A DNA stretch of 64,000 bases, taken from a virus. Lineage: Duplodnaviria > Caudoviricetes. Of the stretch, positions 39,923 through 49,577 are shown piece after piece (within the stretch, counting starts at the first letter, position 1; each line of letters starts with the position of its first letter). The stretch lies in IMG/VR virus record IMGVR_UViG_3300044842_000325, positions 32,001 to 96,000 of that record; one strand, written 5' to 3'. The translations under genes were made by a program, and so were the position numbers. The notes beneath the pieces were generated by a model, which was given only the letters and a program-made list of their open reading frames with translations, was not told the origin of the DNA and did no database searches.

Positions 39923-41941
39923 TCAGTACACGCGGTTGTGCGTCATGCCGCGGTAGCCCGCGGTGCTGCCGGTGTAGGCCGGGCCGGTCGTGAACATCGT
40001 GGTGTGGAAGTTCGTGGCCAGCGCGCCGGCGGATGCCAGGCCGTACGACGGACGGATGACCATGCGATCGTCGGCATTCGGGATGTCGACTTTCGGCTTC
40101 AGGCCGGTCTGCGAGAACGACACGTCCATGGCGTGCAGGAAGTCCGGGTGGAAGGTCTTGTGGACCGACACGCCCGTCACTTTCGGCAGGACCACCAGCT
40201 CGATCAGCTTCAGACGCTCTGCGAGTTGGTAGTCGGTGCTGCCGCCCCAGGTACCGGCCCAGCGCTTCATCAGGGTCGGATCTTCGTGGCCCTTGGCGTT
40301 CATCAGGTACAGGCCGTCGATGGTGCGCAGGTCACGCACACGGCCTTGGTCGTCCGTGTAGTAACCGTTGAGCACGCGCTCGGACTGCGGCAGCACGATC
40401 AGCTTGCTCTGCGTTTGCAGGAAGATCTGGCTGAAGCGGCCGTCGGTCAGGGCGTCCATCGCATTGATGATCGCCTGACGTGCACCTTCGACTTCGGTGG
40501 CTTCGGCGAACGCGCGCAGGAACCAGGTATCGGCACCCGCCATCGGGACGTCGATCGACAGCGCCGGCGCCGGCTGCATGATCATGCCGACCAGGCGGTA
40601 GAATTCCTCGATACCGAATTCCGGGCTGGTGGTCGGGAATTGCAGCACTTGGTTGCCGTCCAGCTTCAGGCCGTAGTCGTAGTTCAGCGGGCCCAGGTCA
40701 CGCGGACGGAAGTGCTCGCGGCGGCCGCCTTGCGATTGCAGGTGTGCCGGCATGAAGTTGCGCAGCCATTGCGGGCCGTAGGTCTGCTGGTCCAGCAGCG
40801 GCAGCATGGTCGAGATCTGGAGCAGCATGTTGCCCAGGTCCGGTTGCACGCCCATGTCGAAGCCGGACATGGTGATTTCGCCGACGTATTCCTGCGTGTC
40901 GTTGATGCCCGGGGTCGGGCCGCCGACCATGTAGCGGTTGCGGCGTGCTTGCACCGGATCGATGTTGACGGTCACGTAGGCCAGGGTGCGGCCGATTTCC
41001 ATCACACCGGCGGTGTTTTCGGTGCCGTCCTTCTGGTTGCCTTGGCGGGTTTGTTCCGAACGGAAGTCCGTCACGATTTCGCCACGGATCGGCAGGCCAG
41101 CGGCGTCGAACACTTCGAGCGGCGGGTTGGCTTGGTCCTGGTTGAAGTGGATCGAGTTGACCAGCAGGGCCGAGCTGTCGGCAGCGACGTCGGCGAGCGA
41201 TGCGTAGCGGAAGTTGGGGCTCTTGATTTCCAGTTCCGCGTGGCAGGCACGCAGGGCGTTCATGAACAGCGACGCGATCTTGTACGTGTCGTCGATCTTG
41301 AACTCGGCCGGCACGGTGGTCCAGTCCGCCGAGAACACCTGGGCTTGCGGCAGCAGGCTCGTGACGCGCTGACGGATGATCGTGGCCAGCGCTTCGTCAG
41401 CCAGGGCGACCGGGGTACGCGGTGCCGCGACGCGGTCTTGACCGTAGCTGCCGCCGTACAGGTCGTTGCTGCGGGTGGCCGGTGCCGGCGCCATGTCGGA
41501 AGCCAGCAGCAGGGTATGGTACGCGTAGCGGTTGTCGCCCTGGTCGGCCACGATGACGATCATCGCGATCTTGTTGCTGAGGTTCGACTGCGAGCCGCTG
41601 ATCATGCCTTCACGGGGCATCGGGATGATGCGCACGTTCCAGGCCGACAGCGCTGCTTGTTTCTCCTTGTCGTAGAAGTCTTGCAGTTTCTTGGTCAGTT
41701 CGCCCAGGTCGCGGCCGGCGCCGTCCAGACCTTGGTTCAGGCCCGCACCACGGGAGAACAGCGCTGCTGCGCCGATCGGACGATTGCCGCCACCGCCGAC
41801 CGGTGCGCCTTGCGGCTGCTGGTAGTTGGCTTGACCTTGGCCCTGTGCTGCTTGCGCTGCGCCACCGTAGATATCGTTCGGTTGTTGCTGTGCACCGCTC
41901 GGTTGGGCGTTGGTGTTGCCTTGAGCTTGAGTACCTTTCAT
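39923..41941 (-). CDS. chmA: Chimallin, major phage nucleus shell protein
   Basis: About 672 aa, extreme codon bias, early promoter, immediately upstream of nvRNAP beta'-N. LTDG.F, GYY.D..G..RDLR.ID and F.PDF motifs. Start moved to ATG 41941 (SD AAGGA). Confidence 0.88.
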   Translation of the reverse strand: MKGTQAQGNTNAQPSGAQQQPNDIYGGAAQAAQGQGQANYQQPQGAPVGGGGNRPIGAAALFSRGAGLNQGLDGAGRDLGELTKKLQDFYDKEKQAALSAWNVRIIPMPREGMISGSQSNLSNKIAMIVIVADQGDNRYAYHTLLLASDMAPAPATRSNDLYGGSYGQDRVAAPRTPVALADEALATIIRQRVTSLLPQAQVFSADWTTVPAEFKIDDTYKIASLFMNALRACHAELEIKSPNFRYASLADVAADSSALLVNSIHFNQDQANPPLEVFDAAGLPIRGEIVTDFRSEQTRQGNQKDGTENTAGVMEIGRTLAYVTVNIDPVQARRNRYMVGGPTPGINDTQEYVGEITMSGFDMGVQPDLGNMLLQISTMLPLLDQQTYGPQWLRNFMPAHLQSQGGRREHFRPRDLGPLNYDYGLKLDGNQVLQFPTTSPEFGIEEFYRLVGMIMQPAPALSIDVPMAGADTWFLRAFAEATEVEGARQAIINAMDALTDGRFSQIFLQTQSKLIVLPQSERVLNGYYTDDQGRVRDLRTIDGLYLMNAKGHEDPTLMKRWAGTWGGSTDYQLAERLKLIELVVLPKVTGVSVHKTFHPDFLHAMDVSFSQTGLKPKVDIPNADDRMVIRPSYGLASAGALATNFHTTMFTTGPAYTGSTAGYRGMTHNRVY

Positions 41942-42024
41942 GCTTTTTCCTTTTTTATACAAATGTTGTTTAATTTGTTTGCGCAAACAAACTGTTATTG
42001 ATCACTAACCTGGGTGATCATTTT

Positions 42025-42049
42025 AGTGATATAGTGCTAAAATGTTTTA
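42025..42049 (-). promoter_or_regulatory. Early promoter candidate for chmA
   Basis: AAAACATTTTAGCACTATATCACT followed by a 5' leader hairpin (41999-42020). Confidence 0.7.
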
Positions 42050-42311
42050 GCGCCAGATTGGTGGAATCGAACCAAAAACAAATTCTGAGAGCATACCACA
42101 ATGAAAACCATGGGACGCCGCGCGTCTTCCACTATACAATGGGGTACGTGGCGTATTTTTTTACTTGTACATGTTTTCCCTTTCGTGAAATCCCTGTTTG
42201 AACAACTCGCTCAAGCGATACATGAACGAGGTATTTTTCTAACACGGTTGCCGATTAGCAATCGTATGTCAACCCCTACCCTTTTTTCCTTTTCCATCAT
42301 GAGTGTCGTCT

Positions 42312-43406
42312 ATGTATAGCATCGTTCATGTCGATCCCAAAAAAGAATACGGCGTAGCACGACTGCCTGAATGGAAAGCGGTGCAAGATGGACTCAAGCG
42401 TAACCTCATCACCTTCTTGCAACATTACCGTCACGCCAGTTACAGTGTCGCCGCTGACCATTTGTTGGTCAAGTTGCTCCAGTCAATGAACGTGCCGATT
42501 ACGCTTAACAGCGATCGGTACTATAGTAACATCAGTCTCAACGCTTTGAACGTGGCGAATAGTTTACAACTCACCACCCCGTTTGGCGAAGGACAACTCT
42601 TCAAAGGAGTGTTCTTTAATAAGCAGGTGCAGGAAGTCATCATTGCCTTTGATGAACTGTTCGACTACGAGAAGATCGAAACCAATTGGCAAGACGCCAC
42701 GCCGGTGCGGGTGATCCAACACCCTTTTCCCCATGTCACGTTGCAAGTGCCCAATGGGAAGTTCGTCAGCCCCCATCAAGGCGTCGCCGTGGTGGCAGTG
42801 AACGTGAGTTTGCTGGCAGTACAACACCGCGCCTTTCTGTTGGCAGAGCAGCGAAAGCAAACCGCCAATCCTGATTACGTCCAGCGCAACACCATGCAGT
42901 TCATCCACATGTTCGTGTTGCCGAATATGCTGGAGAGTTATCTGGACTACGCGGTGTTTAATCGCATCAACCATCTGTTCAACGATGAGCCGATGTTGAT
43001 GATTCCGACCAAGAGTGCAGTGCACTTGCCGAACTATACCCGACCAGTTGACAATGCACTCAAACGCCTGCTGACCATTTTGGATCGTTCGGATTATTCA
43101 CCACAAGCCGTACTCGCGGCCATCCCCGCTGTGTCATTTCCGGATATGCGCCAAGTGATGCTGGTCCCAGATGTCGCACCGACACGCCAAATTCTATGGT
43201 CGGTGATTTTGGCACGCCTACCCATGTTGCTCTTCTTGGCTCGCATCGCCAAAAAGACAGGCCGTATTCGGAACCAAGCGGGCCTGGCAGATGTATCTAC
43301 GATGCTGATTCGTTTGAAGAATCAACGGGTGCTGGATTCCACATTGCCCAAGACTTTATACACCCCAGCCATGGACTCCATCAACGAGATCCTCGGCTAT
43401 CTTTAA
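42312..43406 (+). CDS. Conserved virion-associated protein (phiKZ gp52-like)
   Basis: About 364 aa, divergent from chmA; H.L..LL, W....PV....HP and YLD...FNR motifs. Confidence 0.55.
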   Translation: MYSIVHVDPKKEYGVARLPEWKAVQDGLKRNLITFLQHYRHASYSVAADHLLVKLLQSMNVPITLNSDRYYSNISLNALNVANSLQLTTPFGEGQLFKGVFFNKQVQEVIIAFDELFDYEKIETNWQDATPVRVIQHPFPHVTLQVPNGKFVSPHQGVAVVAVNVSLLAVQHRAFLLAEQRKQTANPDYVQRNTMQFIHMFVLPNMLESYLDYAVFNRINHLFNDEPMLMIPTKSAVHLPNYTRPVDNALKRLLTILDRSDYSPQAVLAAIPAVSFPDMRQVMLVPDVAPTRQILWSVILARLPMLLFLARIAKKTGRIRNQAGLADVSTMLIRLKNQRVLDSTLPKTLYTPAMDSINEILGYL

Positions 43407-43424
43407 TTTTTCTGAAAGACCAAC

Positions 43425-44729
43425 ATGAAACGACATCTGCAAGCGCCCGAACCGCAACCGATCCCGACGCCGGTCCTGTCGGTGGAAGAAGAAGCGATTC
43501 TGGCGGACGAGCACAACGAAGCCAGTCAGGCCCTCGACAACGCTACGGCGGACGCTGACCGCATCACCGAAGTGGCCGATGTGGCCCAGGACGCAGTCCA
43601 GGTCGTGGACATGACGCCGGAAGTCGGTCAAGTCGAACAAGAACTCGTGGGGGCCGTGGGTGACATGGCTGTGGCGGGTACTGATGCTGACCCGACCGAC
43701 ATCATCAACATCCCGGCTGCGCCGACCGAAGGCGAAGAGCCGAAGCCGGAAGGGCTGAGCGTCGAAGGAATCGCCAGCACCCTGAAGTCGATCTGGGACG
43801 CCATCATCACCGCCATCAAGAACATGTGGGTCGGCTTCAAGCACTGGCTGACCACCTACTTCGCCACGCTGGAACAGAACAAGAAGCACGCTGAAAAGCT
43901 GATCGAGCGTCTGTCCGGCATGAAGGGTTACCTGGCCAACGATGGCGCCATGCTGACCAGCTCGATGACCGACATCTTCCACTACAGCGGCCGCAGCTTC
44001 ATCGATCTGTTCAACACCGCTGGTCGCCAAGAACACGACTTCAACGCCTACGTGCTGGACACCACCAAGAACCAACACGGCCTGATGATCCCGATCGGCG
44101 ATGGCATGGTGCAAGCCTACAACGCTTACCAGGGTGAAGACATCGCTGACATCGGCCAAGTCGTCGACGTACTGAGCACCCGCTTCGTCGACTACATGAA
44201 GCGCCTGAACCTGCAACCGGGCAAGGGCGACAAATGGGAAACCAAACCGATCGCGCAGATGAAGGTCGTGGCCGATGGTTACAGCGACAGGATCACCGAT
44301 CCCGCGCAATCGATCGAAACCAAGATCGCGATGCTGTCGAAGATCCGTTTCTCGGTCGACCAAGACACGAGCTTCGGTAGCAACAAGATCATCAGCATGA
44401 AGCTGGACGTCACCGCCGACAAGCTGCTCGAATATGTCAAGGAACGCCTGGTTTTCATCGACGAACTGCTGAAGTTCAAGGCTGACCAGTTCAAGGCACT
44501 GGAAGACAAGGCCACGGCTGTCCAAGGTGCCTGCGATGCGATGCTCAAACGCATCAAAGAAGACAACAAAGAAGGCACGGCTTTCGCTAAACGCCTGATG
44601 CCGCTCGCGACCGCGTACTCGCAGTGGGCGACCCAGCCGACCGGCAAGCTGCTGCACGTGGCTGCGCGCCACAACAAGTTCTGGCTGTCGCTGTTCGAAA
44701 TGGCAACGAATAACTTCCGCGCCGCATAA
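43425..44729 (+). CDS. Internal head protein paralog
   Basis: 434 aa; acidic propeptide with SVE sites and MAVAGTDADP motif shared with 1..877. Confidence 0.65.
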   Translation: MKRHLQAPEPQPIPTPVLSVEEEAILADEHNEASQALDNATADADRITEVADVAQDAVQVVDMTPEVGQVEQELVGAVGDMAVAGTDADPTDIINIPAAPTEGEEPKPEGLSVEGIASTLKSIWDAIITAIKNMWVGFKHWLTTYFATLEQNKKHAEKLIERLSGMKGYLANDGAMLTSSMTDIFHYSGRSFIDLFNTAGRQEHDFNAYVLDTTKNQHGLMIPIGDGMVQAYNAYQGEDIADIGQVVDVLSTRFVDYMKRLNLQPGKGDKWETKPIAQMKVVADGYSDRITDPAQSIETKIAMLSKIRFSVDQDTSFGSNKIISMKLDVTADKLLEYVKERLVFIDELLKFKADQFKALEDKATAVQGACDAMLKRIKEDNKEGTAFAKRLMPLATAYSQWATQPTGKLLHVAARHNKFWLSLFEMATNNFRAA

Positions 44730-44746
44730 TCATCCAACGATGACAT

Positions 44747-44784
44747 CTCTCGTTCCCGCTTTTGCGGGAACGAGAGTATGCCGT
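44747..44784. terminator. Bidirectional hairpin terminator
   Basis: 13-bp perfect stem CTCTCGTTCCCGC/GCGGGAACGAGAG followed by TATGCCGT. Confidence 0.7.
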
Positions 44785-46928
44785 CAATAGTAGTCCATGG
44801 CCAGTTGGCTCAAGTCATCATGATTGAAATAGAATCCAATGGTTTCCAAAATCAAGTAAAACATTGCTGTTGCTTTTTGTACGATCTTGCGCACATCCAC
44901 CGCCATCATGATCTCGTCCGGAATCCCTTTGGCAGAAACGATCGGCAAAGGGAGCTGCAATGACGTGATCTTATCGCGGTTATTCGTTTCTAGCCAACGG
45001 CGCATGGCTTTGGCAATGTCTTGGTCAGGCATCTTCTCCAGCCAGTTATTGGTCTTGGTTTTGCTATCCAATTCCAAACTGACATAGATCGCCTTGTAAG
45101 GTGGCGGCGGGATCATCCCATACTTTTGACCGAATACATCGTTCCACATGCCGTACTGTTTATACGTCGAGGTTTCTTCGCCGTTCTTGTACGCTGCCGG
45201 GTCTTTTACGGTACTGAGTTTCAGGAATTTGAATTCCCCTTTACGGATCGACTCAACGATACTGCGTTCCAGGTCAGCCACTTCCTTGACATACTTCATG
45301 GCGCTGATACTGCCTTTGGCCATGATGGTGTTCATGATGTCGAGCATCATGTTCTCAGCCTGCGCAACAATCGCTTTTGGTGCATTGGAAGACTTGAGGT
45401 GAACCCCTTTGATTTCCTTCTTGAGTTCTTTCTTGATGTTACCTTCTTGGCAGCTGATCTGGGCAAAGTAGTGTTTACCGAGTTGGGTCAGAACAAACAC
45501 GTCGAACTTGTATTCATTCTTCATTTCAATGGTAAACGCGTGATCCCGGCCAATCCCCACGTTGGCGGACATCTTGGCTAGAATGTGGATGATCGATTGC
45601 GATGCCAAAAAGATCATTGAAGCGCACACGGCGTCGTAGGTCGCATCGAACTTGACTTGCTTGCAATACCAGAGAATCCAGTCTTGCGTGGTGAAGATGG
45701 TCGAGTCCGTGTCCGACACCAACACCACCCGGCGCAAGCTGTGTGGGAACATCGCGATCGAAGCAGGCACATTGTCCGTGGCCCAGAACGTACGAATCAG
45801 GTCGGCATACGCCCACATGACGTTGGCGATGTTTTCGGTTTGTGCTGCCACGATCGCGTAACCGACAGGATTATTCTTGATAATCTCGTCGATCGACTTG
45901 CCCTTGGTGATCTCGGGCTGGAGTTGCTTGGCTAAGTTGAAGAAGTCTTCGGGCCACTTTTTGATGGTTTCGGCGGGAGTGGGATCAGGTACATCCACCC
46001 GTTGAATAAGGCGTCCCATAAAAGTGCGTACAAAATCATCGTTGAATTCCTTCAGTTGGTACATGTCACCCGTGTACACAAAGGCAGCACGTTGGATTGG
46101 CGTGAGATGATCGATCAAGTCACGGATCTTGGCGTACGACGGCTTATGATTCCAATACAGCTTGGCCGAACGGTACACAACATTGAAGGTTTCTTCAGCG
46201 GTCGGGTAATGCAGGTTGTAACGGGTCATCACGTGCTCGACTGCCGCCATGTCGGTGTGGGCAATGATCGACACGATGTTGTTGCGCGTAATGTCATACG
46301 ACCAGTAGTGACGATTACTGGCCAAGAAGCGTTCGTTGTTGGCATTCCCGTATGCCGAGGTTTGTCGACAAGAAGATGTGAGGGACGAGTGGCCGGTCTT
46401 GTTGGTGATCGGGTTGTGTTCACTCACCATGGCGCCCGACACGGCGTTGTTCGCCAACTTTTCCGTGGTTTGCTTACCACTGAAGAAGCGGTAGTTAAAG
46501 CTGCTCTCGCCCTCCTCTTGACCCGCTTTAAACATCGCTTTCTTTGCTACGCCACGCGACTTCACGTTGTCGTATTGGAATTTCGACAGAGGGGACAGGC
46601 GCACCTTGGGATTGTGATACGTAGTGAACGTGGGAGCGTAGATCTGTTCTTCCCCGAGGATCGTGCCGATGTATTCCGACATCGGGATCACCCCGTCTTC
46701 CCGGTCACCGGTATCGAAATCGCGTTCGAGGAACACGGCGTTGGGGTCTTGAATCGGGAACTCGCCGGTAGGGGAGAGTTGCTGCTTGACGAAGCGCATG
46801 GCTTCTTCGTACGAAATCCCGGCCATGATTTGCAGATGAGCTGCATGTTGATGCATGGCGTGACGAATCGGGTTGATATCCCGTTTGTAATCTTCAGCTG
46901 GAGAAATAAACGGACTGTTCTTAGACAT
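44784..46928 (-). CDS. Split family-B DNA polymerase, C-terminal polymerase part (phiKZ gp50-like)
   Basis: Motif B Q...KLANNAVSG, motif C SDTDS, KHY and KGV. Confidence 0.88.
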   Translation of the reverse strand: MSKNSPFISPAEDYKRDINPIRHAMHQHAAHLQIMAGISYEEAMRFVKQQLSPTGEFPIQDPNAVFLERDFDTGDREDGVIPMSEYIGTILGEEQIYAPTFTTYHNPKVRLSPLSKFQYDNVKSRGVAKKAMFKAGQEEGESSFNYRFFSGKQTTEKLANNAVSGAMVSEHNPITNKTGHSSLTSSCRQTSAYGNANNERFLASNRHYWSYDITRNNIVSIIAHTDMAAVEHVMTRYNLHYPTAEETFNVVYRSAKLYWNHKPSYAKIRDLIDHLTPIQRAAFVYTGDMYQLKEFNDDFVRTFMGRLIQRVDVPDPTPAETIKKWPEDFFNLAKQLQPEITKGKSIDEIIKNNPVGYAIVAAQTENIANVMWAYADLIRTFWATDNVPASIAMFPHSLRRVVLVSDTDSTIFTTQDWILWYCKQVKFDATYDAVCASMIFLASQSIIHILAKMSANVGIGRDHAFTIEMKNEYKFDVFVLTQLGKHYFAQISCQEGNIKKELKKEIKGVHLKSSNAPKAIVAQAENMMLDIMNTIMAKGSISAMKYVKEVADLERSIVESIRKGEFKFLKLSTVKDPAAYKNGEETSTYKQYGMWNDVFGQKYGMIPPPPYKAIYVSLELDSKTKTNNWLEKMPDQDIAKAMRRWLETNNRDKITSLQLPLPIVSAKGIPDEIMMAVDVRKIVQKATAMFYLILETIGFYFNHDDLSQLAMDYY

Positions 46929-46989
46929 GTTGGACCTGTTGTTCTGACTCGACTACATGATGAGACAACACGATACAAAAAAAGAACTG

Positions 46990-47032
46990 ACGGCATAAAA
47001 ACCATCCAAGAGCCCGAAGGCCCTTGGATGGG
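46990..47032 (-). terminator. Hairpin terminator with T-tract and TATGCCGT
   Basis: CCATCCAAGGGCC-TTCG-GGCTCTTGGATGG-TTTTTATGCCGT. Confidence 0.7.
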
Positions 47033-47337
47033 AAAGGTACAGCTTAGGATATCACATGGGTAAAACCCAACTTCACGACATGAGCAACGCCGTCGCGTTT
47101 CAAAGATCCAGTCTTGGTAGCGAGCACTCCCAGCCAACGGATCAACCATCGGGAGGAAAGGAACCGATGGGATCGACATCCGCTGGGCCAATGCCCGCTC
47201 TCAAGTCGCGCCACCTCTACGCACCGTTTCTATGGACACTACAGCGTCGCTCATCGCACATCCCCTGTCGCATACAGGGGCACAACTTCCCCGCGGGCCA
47301 GGTCCCACGAAGCGCATGGAGCGTGCGCACTCCCTGC
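47003..47337 (-). ncRNA. Candidate structured non-coding RNA (~330 nt)
   Basis: Nested helices with G-U pairs that form only on the minus strand; promoter-like TATTGAATG at the 5' end and a terminator at the 3' end; no credible ORF. Confidence 0.55.
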
Positions 47338-47366
47338 ATTCAATACGTATCCCGAATAAAAAAGGA

Positions 47367-47774
47367 TTACGATGCCGATTCGAAACTAATTGACTTCACC
47401 TGGAAACCATTGGCGGCCAAACAATCGAGCAGTTTTTGCTGACGGCTGCTGGACGAGTTATCGATCACGACGGTATGGCGACCGAGATTGACTGATTCCA
47501 GCGTGGCCGGGTTGATCCACTCCATTGCGATGATCTGCGTGGCGCCCGACGGCAGACGAATGCGCAGATACTTGTACTTGCTGGGATTGTTGACCGTGCT
47601 GCCCGGCAGACTTGGATACACCAGCGCATGTTGCGCTAGGATATCAAAACCCATCATCTGCGCGGTTTCGGCGTCGAAGATCGACATCACCAACGCGTTC
47701 TTAAAGTTCGTACCCAGCACGGCGACCGGGTACACACTGAACGAGTAAATACCACCAACCTCAATATCCATCAC
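47367..47774 (-). CDS. Conserved beta-barrel (SH3-like) protein (phiKZ gp49-like)
   Basis: 135 aa with G..YSF..YP...LG, H..VYP.LP and WI motifs; SD GGAG. Confidence 0.6.
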   Translation of the reverse strand: MMDIEVGGIYSFSVYPVAVLGTNFKNALVMSIFDAETAQMMGFDILAQHALVYPSLPGSTVNNPSKYKYLRIRLPSGATQIIAMEWINPATLESVNLGRHTVVIDNSSSSRQQKLLDCLAANGFQVKSISFESAS

Positions 47775-47793
47775 TTGACTCCGTTAAAAGGAA

Positions 47794-48156
47794 TTAGTCC
47801 TTATAACGGCGCACGCACAGATCCCATCCTTGCATAGAAAAAGGGAAATACATCAATGCACCGTCGATATAAAAACCGCGGTGGCGAATGTCGTCCCAGA
47901 TTGCCACCATCAGGTGGTAAGCTAAACGATCGGTCGCTTCGCGGTCCACTCTCAGATGATTGGCAAAGATGAAGTTCTCGTACGTCAAAATGTTGCGGTC
48001 GTACATGTCCAGCGGGGTGTGCTGATCGAGAATGAAGAAGATCTGTTTGAAGAGTTCTAACCGATCTTCTTCTTGTAGCGTGTAACCAAAGCCCGCTTCA
48101 AAATCCATCAACATGTGCATGGTGTCGATGATGGTGACGTGGTGTAGAGTTACCAT
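47794..48156 (-). CDS. Hypothetical protein, member of a tandem paralog-like array (phiKZ gp48/Imp4-like position)
   Basis: 120 aa, SD GGAG. Confidence 0.55.
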   Translation of the reverse strand: MVTLHHVTIIDTMHMLMDFEAGFGYTLQEEDRLELFKQIFFILDQHTPLDMYDRNILTYENFIFANHLRVDREATDRLAYHLMVAIWDDIRHRGFYIDGALMYFPFSMQGWDLCVRRYKD

Positions 48157-48158
48157 AG

Positions 48159-48797
48159 TTACTCCGAAATGAAATCGAGCCCCCTTAGTGGATCAGGAGC
48201 GTCGTCATCGAGCGCAACAATAGCACAATCATCTTGCCACCCCACGTAGTGATACGGGAAGCGGCCATGCTTGTACATGCCGTACTCGACCAAACGTTGA
48301 TAGAGTTGTTTCCCGAACTGCGTAGCGAGAGTAGCGATTTTACGACGGGTGTTGGAAATGGCCGCGGCCACATGCGGTCCTGGGATATTCGACTGCAACT
48401 GAATATCAGCCATGTGGGCGACGTCGATCCACAGCATGCCCATGGCCAGATCAAGATCTTCGTTGATTTCTTTTTTGGTCTTGATGTTTTCAATGGCGGC
48501 CGCGATGATCAGGCTGATGTCGGGATGCCAGCTCGTACTTTGTTCCGAGACGTGCTTTTTCATGAACGTCTGCTTAAAGACCGAACCGTCATCTGCGATG
48601 GTGTACACCTCCGGAAACACGATGTTGGCATCGATTGGATGATTCATGATTTCCGTATTGATCATGTTATCCCACTGCGCGACAAAGTTACGAACAATGT
48701 CGCCAATGTTAAGGATGTAATAATCCGGGTACTTCGGGCCTAGGACCGGGACCGGATACCGTTCATTAACGGATTCGTTGTAAGATGTAAGTTTCAT
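48159..48797 (-). CDS. Hypothetical protein, array member (phiKZ gp47/Imp2-like position)
   Basis: About 212 aa; start uncertain; C-terminal FG..LY..L...GMY..G..PY motif. Confidence 0.5.
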   Translation of the reverse strand: MKLTSYNESVNERYPVPVLGPKYPDYYILNIGDIVRNFVAQWDNMINTEIMNHPIDANIVFPEVYTIADDGSVFKQTFMKKHVSEQSTSWHPDISLIIAAAIENIKTKKEINEDLDLAMGMLWIDVAHMADIQLQSNIPGPHVAAAISNTRRKIATLATQFGKQLYQRLVEYGMYKHGRFPYHYVGWQDDCAIVALDDDAPDPLRGLDFISE

Positions 48798-49176
48798 AAT
48801 CAATAGACTGTGAGACAACTTTGTAACGCTCATAACCGGTATTGAGCATCCCCAAACTCTTGAGATGTTGATAAGCCCGTATCCCAAAGCCATGCAGATA
48901 CGAACGTAGTCGACCATCCAATTCGATCTTCTCTTGTTTGGCCCGCGCGGCGGTGGTGTAAACAAACTCCACCTTCGCGTACAAATAATCATGGGCTAAC
49001 ATATCACTGATGATCCGATCGAGATGGATCAGCGGCTCGACATGCTCAAACATCTCCAGCAGACGCCACTTCACTTGATCAGTATCGATCGTGGGCAGGT
49101 CGCTCTTGGTCAGTTGCCGTTGAAGGATCGCACTGGCCTCAGAGAAATTAACGATGTATTCTTCACCTACGGCCAT
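48766..49176 (-). CDS. Hypothetical protein, array member
   Basis: 136 aa; FG...Y..L...GM...G...Y motif shared with the neighbour. Confidence 0.55.
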   Translation of the reverse strand: MAVGEEYIVNFSEASAILQRQLTKSDLPTIDTDQVKWRLLEMFEHVEPLIHLDRIISDMLAHDYLYAKVEFVYTTAARAKQEKIELDGRLRSYLHGFGIRAYQHLKSLGMLNTGYERYKVVSQSIDYETYILQRIR

Positions 49177-49184
49177 TGACTCTC

Positions 49185-49577
49185 CTATTTCTTTTCGAGC
49201 AAAAGATACTCCATCTCGGTGCCAACCTCCACTGTGTCACGAGTTAACGCGAATTCTTTCAACAGATGTCGATTCTGCTTAATGAATTCGCTGACCGTGC
49301 GACCCACCAAATAGGTAGCGGCAGTGATGGCGACTTCAACGTGATGTTGCTCAACGTCATTTACATACAGACCATGGAATTGCTGGGATTCGAAATACCG
49401 TTGAAACACCCTATCCACAAAAGCCCGATCCCCGACTTCATCGTTGGGGTGGGCTTTATGATGTTCAAAGTAGTCGGCAATCAGACCAGCAAACCCCCCT
49501 TGATAGAAATCAAACAGGTGCTCGTAGCTTTGATACTCAGCAAAAGCACCCAGTGTGTCAACGATGTATTTATGCAT
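49185..49577 (-). CDS. Hypothetical protein, array member
   Basis: 130 aa, overlapping start/stop. Confidence 0.55.
   Translation of the reverse strand: MHKYIVDTLGAFAEYQSYEHLFDFYQGGFAGLIADYFEHHKAHPNDEVGDRAFVDRVFQRYFESQQFHGLYVNDVEQHHVEVAITAATYLVGRTVSEFIKQNRHLLKEFALTRDTVEVGTEMEYLLLEKK

Noticed and set aside
39938-42001. 687-aa plus-strand ORF antisense to chmA (likewise 1066..2514, 9100..10953, 17781..19976, 43356..44672, 51862..53139)
   Set aside because: Shadow ORFs produced by strong codon bias of the real gene on the opposite strand; no SD and no recognisable motifs.
47151-47165. GAGGAAAG resembling the RNase P RNA conserved GAGGAAAGUCC
   Set aside because: Continues GAACC rather than UCC, the matching 3' conserved region is absent, and G-U pairs point to the other strand.
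47056-47442. 128-aa and 81-aa plus-strand ORFs over the structured region
   Set aside because: Atypical composition, no SD, overlap with the neighbouring gene; base-pairing pattern favours a minus-strand RNA.
48740-48768. TAATG overlap suggesting a coupled start for the 48159 gene
   Set aside because: That ATG is out of frame and stops after 8 codons; true start unresolved, no evidence for recoding.
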